NCBI GenBank assembly: GCA_963804995.1
Contig: CAWDSK010000002.1
Location: 224,001-288,000 of the forward strand
DNA length: 64,000 nucleotides
Source of the DNA: an uncultured Acidobacteriota bacterium
GTDB lineage: Bacteria; Acidobacteriota; Terriglobia; UBA7540
Direction: 5' to 3'
Below, piece after piece: positions 7,237-16,069 of the stretch (position 1 is the stretch's first letter; the number at the start of each line of letters is the position of its first letter). The notes beneath the pieces were generated by a model. That model saw only the letters and a list, made by a program, of their open reading frames with translations. It was not told where the DNA came from and did no database searches. The translations under genes and the position numbers were made by a program.

Positions 7237-8208
7237 TCAGGCGCCGAGCAGGTGGGGAACTCGCAAAAGTTCGGCGTCCGTGGAGTCATTCGGGACGGAG
7301 CAACCCGGCGCGAGAATGAAGCGTTTACCGGCCTCTTTCCGGGCACTCTCATACTGCGAACGCAAGGTCTCAGGTGAGAGTGACCGGAAGCGATCCTCAT
7401 CCAGCCCCCCCATCAATACCCCGCTGCATTGTTTGCGCACGCTGCTGATGGGCACGCGCGTTCCTTGCACGGAATAGTTGATCACGCTAGCCGCCCACCC
7501 CTGGTAAAAGCGGTCGAGGTAGACTCTGTTGCCATGCAGATGCAGGGTGTTCAGAGGAGCCTCGGCCGTTGCCTTAAGGACCTGCCGGTCAAACGGCTCG
7601 CTGAACTTCGCGTAGTCGTCCTGTGAAAGGATGCCGTCCTGGGCGTTGGCAATCGCGAGGAAGATACCGCTCGCTCCCGCCTTGACCGCCCGCCGCGCGT
7701 GATTCGCTTCAGACTTGGCAATCACCTCCAGCGCATCGAGCAGGCGCTGGGGGTTCTCCTCCTTCATCCGCAGGACCTCCGGCGCGGAGATCAGGTTCTC
7801 AGCGACCTTCCAGGGGTTGAAGATGGTTTCCACGAAATAAGCCTGACGTCCAAGATTTTTGCCGATGGAGGTCAGGGCCTGGATTTGGGCGGGGAAAGGG
7901 TTGACTTCTTCCCGGAGGTCGTACCACGGGCCAGCGGGCTGGGGATAAGGGAAGTCGCTCATCACTTTGACCAGGTCAGTCCTGAACCGGGCATGGAAGT
8001 CCAAAGTTGCCTGGATAAAGCGCTCCGGTGGCTCCTTCTGGAGGCCGAAGTGGTGCCAGAAACTGAAGGGGGGGCGATCGACCTCACGGCCTTCGAGGGC
8101 ACGGTCAACCCGCTCGCGGCTGGACAGGCGCGTCTCCGCCGGAAGGTTTATTCCCGTGGCGAGAGAACCGGCAGCAACTGAAAGAAAACATCTCCTGCTG
8201 ATCTGCAT
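7237..8208 (-). CDS. Uroporphyrinogen decarboxylase/cobalamin-methyltransferase superfamily protein with Tat signal
   Basis: SRERV...DRPPFSFWHHF, LHLHG, LMGGLD and FILAPGCSVP motifs; N-terminal SRRCFL. Confidence 0.8.
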   Translation of the reverse strand: MQISRRCFLSVAAGSLATGINLPAETRLSSRERVDRALEGREVDRPPFSFWHHFGLQKEPPERFIQATLDFHARFRTDLVKVMSDFPYPQPAGPWYDLREEVNPFPAQIQALTSIGKNLGRQAYFVETIFNPWKVAENLISAPEVLRMKEENPQRLLDALEVIAKSEANHARRAVKAGASGIFLAIANAQDGILSQDDYAKFSEPFDRQVLKATAEAPLNTLHLHGNRVYLDRFYQGWAASVINYSVQGTRVPISSVRKQCSGVLMGGLDEDRFRSLSPETLRSQYESARKEAGKRFILAPGCSVPNDSTDAELLRVPHLLGA

Positions 8209-8227
8209 GGTAGCTCCAAAGCCGGAA

Positions 8228-8638
8228 TTAACGTTTCACAAATTTCCGCGGCCTCTTCCCGTCAGCCGTTTTACGGCGCGGCGTGGTCGCGTCTTGTCGT
8301 GCTGCCACTGGGTGTTTGGGCTGGTATAGGCCGAGCCGGCCGCCTCCGGGCAGGGTCAAGTGCGTCAACAAGCCCCAGCCCAGGTCCGCCACCGGATCAC
8401 ATTTGACCTTTTGCTTTGCCAAGGTTTGAAGGGTGGCGGCGACGTTGTCACAAGTGAGGTAGATCTCGTGCTTGCCGTTCTCGTCCGCGGGGTGGAAGGC
8501 GATTTCGGCGGGTGGCAAGGCGAAGATGAGCCATCCTTGGCCTGCATCCACCCAGGGAAAGGCCAGAACGTCACGGAAGAAAGCGCGATCCGCTTCCGCA
8601 TCCGCACTGTAAATAATCATGTGTGCACCGGAAATCAT
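8228..8638 (-). CDS. VOC/glyoxalase family protein
   Basis: GAHMIIYSADAEADRAFFRDVL...GWLIFALPPAEIAFHP...LGLYQPKHP. Confidence 0.85.
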   Translation of the reverse strand: MISGAHMIIYSADAEADRAFFRDVLAFPWVDAGQGWLIFALPPAEIAFHPADENGKHEIYLTCDNVAATLQTLAKQKVKCDPVADLGWGLLTHLTLPGGGRLGLYQPKHPVAARQDATTPRRKTADGKRPRKFVKR

Positions 8639-8865
8639 GGTCCACCTCATGGGGGCAGTATCGCATAGATGAGGACTTATGGGCAGACCGTACAGGCGGG
8701 CGCAGAGGGGTCGCCTTTTAGCGCCGGAGGGCATTACTTTCGTACTATTGCAATCAGAGGCGATCGGGTATACTTTATGTGCCGATGCTCAATCGGGGAC
8801 ATGCCGAATCGCAAACTCGCCATGGGCAAATGTCCAAATAGCTTGAACAGAGAGGACGGTGGGCT

Positions 8866-8994
8866 ATGAATAAGAGCGATGCTGAGTTGAAGGACCAAAC
8901 GAAACCGGCGGCGAACGAGGGTCTGAAGGATGAAGATCTGAAGGAAGTGACCGGGGGATTCAATCCCCAGCCTGACCCCCCCGGAAGATCCTAA
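8866..8994 (+). CDS. 42-aa double-glycine-leader precursor-like peptide (core FNPQPDPPGRS)
   Basis: Manual translation MNKSDAELKDQTKPAANEGLKDEDLKEVTGG-FNPQPDPPGRS*; agagga RBS; below the ORF-track length cutoff. Confidence 0.75.
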   Translation: MNKSDAELKDQTKPAANEGLKDEDLKEVTGGFNPQPDPPGRS

Positions 8995-9206
8995 CCCGGG
9001 TTGGAAGCTAATGATTGTCTCGGGTTTTAGCTTGCCTAAATCCCCATCAATGTGCACCGGGGCCCTGTTTCGACAACCATCCAGGGCCCCAGTGCTTCCT
9101 GCCCTCGGCTTTCGGATTATTTAGGCTGCGGCGCGGTAGCTACCTGCATTGCAATACCGTAATTTCTTTTTTTTTAGCAAGAATATTGTGCTACTTCCCG
9201 AAAGTG

Positions 9207-9280
9207 ACCCCTCACCCGTCCCGCCCCGGCTGATGAAAACGCCGGCCGCGGTCCACCCTCTCCCCTGCGGAGAGGGCTAT
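9207..9280. repeat. Dispersed ~75-bp REP-like repeat (copies at 10221-10280 and, inverted, 18237-18295)
   Basis: Shared ccccggctg(a/g)tgaaaacgccgg...gcggtcc(a/g)ccctctcccc motif. Confidence 0.75.
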
Positions 9281-9378
9281 GATTCTCTCTTGGTTGCGGC
9301 ATCGCCGCCCTGCGCTGCTTGAAGAACCGCCCCGGTGAATCGGGCGCTACGCACCGAGCGAGGGATTCCCAGCGGATC

Positions 9379-9909
9379 TCAGCTTGCCGCGCGCGGGGAC
9401 ACGGCCGCGATGGGCTGTGGGGTCAAGGTCGTCTTCACACGTTCCGGTTCTTGCAAGCCTTCTCGCAGGATCTCGATCTTACCCTTAAAATACGCGCCGT
9501 CTTCGATGGAGATTCCGGGAGCAATCAGGTCACCCACCACGTGTCCGGATTTGTAGATTTCGACCCGCTCTTTTACGGAGATGTTGCCATGCACGGTGCC
9601 GTAAATGACTACCCGGGCGGCCTGAATCTCCGCTTTCACTTTGCCCTCCGGCCCGACAGTAAGGCAATGCCCCTGCAAGTTGATCGTGCCTTCGAACTGG
9701 CCGGAGATCACCAGGTCCTCATTTCCCGACAAATCTCCTTTGACCACTAGAGAACGGCCCAACTGGGTCCGCCCTGAGTCAGCAGGAATGCTCACGGGAA
9801 CCTTCATTGGTTCTACCATAGGTTTTACCTCAAGGGGTTTCTCAGGCGGAACCAGGACCGGCGCCTGAGTTTGCCGGACCACGGTCACCGGTTTCTTTTC
9901 CCAAAACAT
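9379..9909 (-). CDS. Bactofilin (polymer-forming cytoskeletal protein)
   Basis: LGRSLVVKGDLSGNEDLVISGQFEGTI...VHGNI...ISIEDGAYFKGKIEI. Confidence 0.9.
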   Translation of the reverse strand: MFWEKKPVTVVRQTQAPVLVPPEKPLEVKPMVEPMKVPVSIPADSGRTQLGRSLVVKGDLSGNEDLVISGQFEGTINLQGHCLTVGPEGKVKAEIQAARVVIYGTVHGNISVKERVEIYKSGHVVGDLIAPGISIEDGAYFKGKIEILREGLQEPERVKTTLTPQPIAAVSPRAAS

Positions 9910-10557
9910 GACAAGTTCCGCTTTATGCGCCTGAGTTCCAGCCCTTTCGCCCTTTTCTTGCCCGCCGCTGAGACTCGGTACCGTGCGCACACTTCCCTTC
10001 TTTGCGGATTGTGACCTGCGCCTGAGGCGGGAATTACTGCACGTTCGCTGCCAGGTGCACGCAATACTAACTGTAAGGTAGTCAGCAGGTTGAATTGCAG
10101 GGCCGCCGGGTGCTGCACTCCGGTCTGGAAGATGTTTCCTGGCGCGAGCAGATTTTTCCTGGTGCTGACGCGTGGCTTCCGCACTTGCGAAGCGACCCCT
10201 CACAAAACGTGGGGCGCCCTCCCCCCCGGCTGGTGAAAACGCCGGCGGCGGTCCGCCCTCTCCCCTCGGAGAGGGCTATGAATTCAGTTTCTATCCCTCG
10301 GGGGGGTGAGAAGGATGCCTCTTTTCCATCCGCAAGAGGTGGCGCACCAAGCGATTCCCCGCCGGGCATGTCGTAGGGGCGGTTCGCGAACCGCCCTAGT
10401 CAAGAATCGCGCGAAATTTCACCCCCTCCCGCCCTTCGAGACCTAAAGGGGCCTGGGTGAAGCGTCATAAACAGAATTTATCCTGAAGAGTGATATTATT
10501 TATTTATAACTATTGACATCTTTAGTTATGATGGGGTCTGTCATGAGGAGGTCAAGA

Positions 10558-10959
10558 ATGAAATTGCATTTCCCTAGAACCATTCTCCTTGCCGCGTTAT
10601 TGTTCGCCTGCCCGATGCTCATGGTCTCCGAGGAGCCGTTCACGAGTGAGCCCAAACTATCTCAAAGCGAGGCAGAGTCCCTGGTGAAAAACTTGGCCGC
10701 GCAGGAGGAAGAGTTGGAACAGTCGTGCCGGCGTATCGCCGCGACCTATCGAGAGATGGCGGCGCCTTCGCCCTCTGATTCAGCCTCGATGCGGGAACTG
10801 AAACGTCAGTATGAGCGTCTGGCTGACAACGAAGAAAAGGCGGCCTCGGCGGCGAAGCGCATGGCCACGTATCATGCCCGGTTGGCGGTTCTGATCAGCC
10901 ATTCTTCGGATGTGACGAAGACCAGGAACTTATTGGGAGATGCCGCCTATCGGCGCTGA
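10558..10959 (+). CDS. Exported coiled-coil hypothetical protein
   Basis: AGGAGG RBS, signal peptide, helical composition. Confidence 0.65.
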   Translation: MKLHFPRTILLAALLFACPMLMVSEEPFTSEPKLSQSEAESLVKNLAAQEEELEQSCRRIAATYREMAAPSPSDSASMRELKRQYERLADNEEKAASAAKRMATYHARLAVLISHSSDVTKTRNLLGDAAYRR

Positions 10960-11162
10960 GTACTGAAAGACCTTCCCGGCGCTTTCTGGAGTGCCGCCCT
11001 GTCCTTTCCGATTCGATCTTCGCGCTAGAGGCCTCCCCCGGCTTCCCGCCGCAGCTTCCGTAAAACCCCACAACGCAGAAGCTGTGAAAATATCCCGTTG
11101 TAGCGGTGGTCTCCGACCGCCGAATTGGCTGATTCTCAAAGCCGGCGGTCGGAGACCGCCGC

Positions 11163-12925
11163 CTGGCCTTTGGCCTTTTGCAGTTCAAGCATTGGCGTAG
11201 CAGAGGGCGGAGGCGAGGGGGAAGGTACAATTCTGGGGCTTCGTTGTAGAGGGTTGGGGAGGCGCGAAGCCGGAGAAATGATCGAGACCCAGTCCCCGGC
11301 CCCAGACCTCGGCGCGCAGTTGATGGATGGCGTGTTGGGTGGAGATGCGGGCAGTGGGGGCAGCGTGGATCCACTTGGGGCGCGGCAGCAGGCCGTGGCG
11401 GGTACGGGCGAAGGCGCGATGGGTAGCGAGGAGCAAGAGGGCATAGGCGGCCACGGTGAAGGCGGGGGCAGACTCGACCGAATGGGGGGAGCGGACCTGG
11501 GCTTGGCCCACTCCCAGCAGAGTTTTTTCATCGCGGAAATTAACTTCAATGTCCCAGCGTTGGAAGTAAGTTGTGATGAGGAGTTGGGGGTCGAGGTTTT
11601 CGTCGGTGCAGAGGAGGAAGGCGGGTTGGCGATAGAGCAGCTTGGAACCTTGGCGCAGACGATAGGCGAGCGGCGCGATGACGACAAGTTGCAGGAATTG
11701 GTGGGCGCCGGCGGCACGCCACAGGAGGCCGGTGCGGCGCTTGAAGCGGAGTTGATGGGGAATGCCGTGATGGGTAAAGGTCAAGGTCTGCCAGGGAGCA
11801 TCGTCGGTGCGGACCTGCTCGGGAGTGGGAGCGGGAGGCCCGTAGCAGAGACGGCGACCGCGCGCCTTTTGGGTTTGGGGATCGGGCCGGAACAGCAACT
11901 GAGCATCTTTGCGGAGCCGGCCGATGGCGGTGGTATGGGGAGGAAGGCGTTTGAGGACGGTGCGGTTGGTGTATCCGCCATCGAAGGCGACGAGGAGAAG
12001 GCGCGAAGCGGAGGCGGGATCGGAGTCAAGGGCCGCACGCAGATCGTGGATCTGTTCGCTGGCGCGTTGACCGAGGCGGGCAGCGCGCGCTTGGGTGCGG
12101 TACTGCTGCTGCTCGGCGGCGGGGGCCTGCCGGGAAGGCTTGCGGGGCGTGGGGGCATGGCGGAAAGCAATGGGGAGCAAGCGGCAGGAGCCGTCGGGAG
12201 TGGGGAGCGCGAGGGAGGTTTGAAGAAAACGCTGGGCGCGCACGAAGTTGGTTTGAAAGCGCGGGCCCAGCGGGTCGCGGCGCCAAGCCACCCCGGGAGT
12301 GCGCCGACCGGAACGACGCAACAGCGAGTCATCGAGGAGGGCGCAGACGGGAGCGCCGGGTGCGAGTTCGCTCACCACCGCGCGGCGCACCACGGAGAAG
12401 AGCGCCTCAACCCGCAGACGGTGCTGGGAGAAGAGCCGGTAACTGGAGGTCCAGTCACGGAACTGCAGGCCGCAAGTGGTGAGCAGACCGGTCACGGTAT
12501 GGCGTCCCAGACAAAGCAAGGTGCTCAGCGCGAGGGCTTGGGCGTGCGCGGCAACGCGGCGCTGGCGGAAGCCCGGGAAACATTGGCTCCAGAGTTGTTC
12601 GAGTTCGGCGAGGACGCCGGTAGAGTTTTTTTTAGCACGGAAGGCGGCGGCGAGGCTCGTCGCAGGGCCAGCAGACCTTTGTTTTCGACGAACCATTCGA
12701 CCGATTCGCCGCGCGCAAACTCCATGGCTTGGGCGAGGGCGGAAGGAAAGTTGATGTACCACTGCTCGCTCGCCTGGCGTTTGATAAGCTGTACTTTGGT
12801 AGGGAACCCCATGAGAAAAGCCTCCTTGAGGAATATCTAGTCATATAACTAGATATCAGAAGACTGGCTTTTCTGCAAGTAAATACTTTCCGACAGCCTT
12901 TATCTAGTTAAAGGCCAAAGTCCAG
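11163..12925 (-). mobile_element. IS4-superfamily (IS701-like) insertion sequence
   Basis: 16-bp TIRs CTGG(C/A)CTTTGGCCTTT; 21-bp flanking direct repeat CCGGCGGTCGGAGACCGCCGC at 11142-11162 and 12926-12946. Confidence 0.85.
11185..12812 (-). CDS. DDE transposase, probably made by -1 frameshift from a small AbrB-like ORF (12525-12812) at an A8 run (12626-12633)
   Basis: LLDDSLLRR, AFDGGY and YFQRWDIEVNFRDEKTLLG motifs; AAAAAAAAC slippery run in the ORF overlap. Confidence 0.8.
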
Positions 12926-13062
12926 CCGGCGGTCGGAGACCGCCGCTACAGCTCGCGACAGCGATTTTTTCACAGCTCCTCAGCCATTGACCTGTGATAA
13001 GAAAGGTGGCGGAAGGGCGGATTTTCGATTTCCTTCATCGCCGCATTCTTCAGAAGGAATCC

Positions 13063-15366
13063 ATGCAAGCCACGGAAGTTGCAACGGAACAATACGGCCC
13101 CGGTCGCTACGCCGTCCCCACTTGGCCGGCGCGTGTGGAAAGTTTGCGTGCCGCCACAATACTGGGGGCGCTGATGGTTGCCACGATGCTCGCACCCGGC
13201 CGGGCCCAGGCGGAGGATACGATGGGCGCTCGGCCGGTGCGTTATCTCGCCAATTTGCGCGTGTGGGTACTCACTACCGAACACGCCTCCTATGTGATGG
13301 GGCTCAATGAACACGACGAACTGCAATCCCTCTATTGGGGCGGGAAGCTCGGAAGCGACCAGGACCTTTCCGCGGCGCGCCTCTCCCCTGGACGCGCCTC
13401 CTTTGATTCCCAGGAAACCATGAGCAATCTGGAATACCCCGGATGGGGCGGGCGGTATTACAACGAGCCCGCCTTGAAGGTGACGCTAGCCTCAGGCATG
13501 CGCGACCTGGTATTGAAATACTCGAGTCACGAGATCCGCGGTGACACGCTGGAAATCCGTCTGAAGGATATTCAGTATGACTTATTTCTAAAACTCACCT
13601 ACCAGATCTTTCCTAAAGAAGACATCATCCGCAAGCAGGCGGAAATTGAGAATCGCACGCCGCAGGTTGTCACCCTGGAGAGCGCGCAGTCCGGCGTCTG
13701 GTACGTGCCCGCCGGCGAGGGCTACCGGCTTAGCTATCTCACCGGGCGCTGGGCGAATGAAACCCAACTGGTGCAGGAACCCCTGCATCCCGGGGCGAAG
13801 GTGCTGGAAAGCCGCCGCGGCAACACCAGCCACCAATTGAATCCGTGGTTCGCCATCGACGAGAGGGGGGAGGCTGACGAGGAACATGGCCGCGTGTGGT
13901 TCGGCGCCCTGGGCTGGAGCGGCAATTGGAAACTGGTGGTGGAAGACACGCCCGGCGCCCACCAGGTGCGGGTGACCGGCGGTTACAACGACTTCGACTT
14001 TTCCTGGCCGCTCAGGCCGGGCGAAAGCCTCAGCACGCCGCCTTACTACGGTGGCTTCAGCAATCGCGGGTTCGGCGAAGCCTCGCGGCTGATGCATCGC
14101 CTGGAGCGCAACGAAATCCTTCCCGACCGCGCGCATCCGCAGGTGCGGCCGGTGCTTTACAACTCCTGGGGGGCCACCACGTTCAATGTGGACGAGCCGG
14201 GGCAAAAGGCCCTGGCGGAGAAGGCCGCCAAGCTCGGCGTGGAGCTTTTCGTGATGGACGACGGCTGGTTCGGCAAGCGCAACGATGACCACGCCGGGCT
14301 GGGCGATTGGTACGTGAATCCGCAAAAATTCCCCCAGGGCCTCGGGCCGCTCATCAGCTATGTGAACGGCCTGGGCATGGATTTCGGTCTGTGGTTCGAA
14401 CCGGAAATGGTAAACCCGGACAGCGACCTCTATCGACGTCACCCCGACTGGGCGATGAACTTTCCGGGACGCCCGCGCAGCGAGGCTCGCAACCAACTTG
14501 TCCTGAACATGGCGCGCCAGGATGTGAAGGATTACATCTTCGGCGTGCTCGACAAAATGCTTTCCGAGAACAACATCAAGTACATCAAGTGGGATATGAA
14601 CCGCCACTTTGGTGAGCCGGGCTGGGCGGAAGTTCCCCTGGCGGAGCAGAAGGAAATCTGGGTGAAGTACGTTCGCAACGTGTATGAGATTATCGACCGC
14701 TTGCGCTCGAAGCACCCCCACCTCGATATCGAGGCGTGTTCGGGAGGCGGCGGGCGCGTGGACCTCGGGATTCTGGAACGTGTCAACATCGTGTGGACTT
14801 CCGACAATACGGAGGCCTTCGATCGCCTGGGAATCCAGGAGGGCTTCAGCTACGCCTATACGCCCAAGATCATGTCAGCTTGGGTGACCGATGTTCCGAA
14901 TCTGAACGGACGTTCGACGCCGCTTAAATACCGTTTCCTCGTGGCCATGCAGGGAGCGCTGGGTATCGGAGCCAATCTGAACAAGTGGACAGCCGAGGAT
15001 TCTGCTCTTGCCACGCGAATGGTCACGACCTACAAGAGCATCCGCAAAACGGTGCAGGAAGGTGACCTCTACCGCTTGTTTTCTCCCCGCCAGAAAGAGC
15101 TGACTGCGAATCAATACGTTTCCGCGGACGGTAAGCAGGCGGTTCTGTTCGCATTCCTCCACTCCCAGCAGTACCTGCGCCCGGCTGCCACTGTCTGTCT
15201 GCGCGGACTTGATGAAAACGCGCGGTACCAGGTCAAGCGGCTTGATGACAAGCTGGTGGAAAAGCAGGAGGTTTTAAGCGGCGCCTTCCTGATGCGCCAC
15301 GGATTGAATCTGAATCTCACCGGAGACTACGACAGCACCCTGGTCATTCTGGAGCGGATGGAGTAG
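13063..15366 (+). CDS. Alpha-galactosidase, GH36
   Basis: YNSWG, FVMDDGWFG, FGLWFEPEMVN, YIKWDMNR, CSGGGGRVDLG and WTSDNT motifs; start codon uncertain. Confidence 0.92.
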   Translation: MQATEVATEQYGPGRYAVPTWPARVESLRAATILGALMVATMLAPGRAQAEDTMGARPVRYLANLRVWVLTTEHASYVMGLNEHDELQSLYWGGKLGSDQDLSAARLSPGRASFDSQETMSNLEYPGWGGRYYNEPALKVTLASGMRDLVLKYSSHEIRGDTLEIRLKDIQYDLFLKLTYQIFPKEDIIRKQAEIENRTPQVVTLESAQSGVWYVPAGEGYRLSYLTGRWANETQLVQEPLHPGAKVLESRRGNTSHQLNPWFAIDERGEADEEHGRVWFGALGWSGNWKLVVEDTPGAHQVRVTGGYNDFDFSWPLRPGESLSTPPYYGGFSNRGFGEASRLMHRLERNEILPDRAHPQVRPVLYNSWGATTFNVDEPGQKALAEKAAKLGVELFVMDDGWFGKRNDDHAGLGDWYVNPQKFPQGLGPLISYVNGLGMDFGLWFEPEMVNPDSDLYRRHPDWAMNFPGRPRSEARNQLVLNMARQDVKDYIFGVLDKMLSENNIKYIKWDMNRHFGEPGWAEVPLAEQKEIWVKYVRNVYEIIDRLRSKHPHLDIEACSGGGGRVDLGILERVNIVWTSDNTEAFDRLGIQEGFSYAYTPKIMSAWVTDVPNLNGRSTPLKYRFLVAMQGALGIGANLNKWTAEDSALATRMVTTYKSIRKTVQEGDLYRLFSPRQKELTANQYVSADGKQAVLFAFLHSQQYLRPAATVCLRGLDENARYQVKRLDDKLVEKQEVLSGAFLMRHGLNLNLTGDYDSTLVILERME

Positions 15367-15563
15367 CGGGGCCCACTGGCTCGCCAAGCGCACCTGAAAC
15401 TTAACCCGCACTTCCGCCCCTTGAGCCAAATCAATTCCCGCGAGCGTTTCTCATTGACTAAGGGCCGTGGCGGGTGCAGAATTTTCATTGGGGCTGTCAG
15501 GAAAGCACATAATTCAAGTTTGCGGTAACCAGCGTTTCCGCAGGTCAGGCTAGCGCCACAATC

Positions 15564-16004
15564 ATGCAAAACAAAAAGTGGAAATTCGGGATAGGTATCG
15601 GCATTATTCTCGCTGTAGTGGCTTGGGAAGCTGTTTCCGGGTTCCAGCAGAGCAAAACCTACTATGTGACGGTTAATGAACTCACCCAGGGGCAGAGTTC
15701 GCGGCGCCACATCCGCGTGGGGGGCGTGGTGACGGAGGGATCGATTGAGCGCCGGGGCGGACAAGTCACTTTTCGTCTCGCTCAGGATGCTAAATCTATT
15801 CCCGTGACCTACGTGGGGTCTGACACCCTGCCGGATACCTTCAAAGGCGGCGCGCAGGCGATTGTGGACGGCGATTACCAGGCCGACGGGGGATTCCGCG
15901 CCGAAAAAATCCAGGCCAAGTGCGCCTCCAAGTATCAAGCCGCGCCGGGTTCCCGGGGACCCGATAACAAGAGCCCCGTCGCCCGGATGAACGGCTCGAC
16001 CTAA
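15564..16004 (+). CDS. ccmE: Cytochrome c maturation heme chaperone CcmE (CxxxY type)
   Basis: YY-TV, IRVGG-V, LPDTFK and AKCASKY motifs. Confidence 0.9.
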   Translation: MQNKKWKFGIGIGIILAVVAWEAVSGFQQSKTYYVTVNELTQGQSSRRHIRVGGVVTEGSIERRGGQVTFRLAQDAKSIPVTYVGSDTLPDTFKGGAQAIVDGDYQADGGFRAEKIQAKCASKYQAAPGSRGPDNKSPVARMNGST

Positions 16005-16069
16005 ACTTCAGGGTGTAGTACCGCAGTTCGCGTGCGGCCTCCATTCCCGCAATCTTTCTCGGAGTTTCT

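Larger units (their letters stand above)
11080..12977. repeat. MITE/REPIN composite interrupted by an IS
   Basis: Outer inverted ends AGCTGTGAAAATATC / GATTTTTTCACAGCT; inner GTAG-REP arms at 11100-11122 and 12927-12949. Confidence 0.65.

Noticed and set aside
11125..12840. 571-aa plus-strand ORF
   Set aside because: Antisense shadow of the transposase; Gly-rich with no recognisable motifs.
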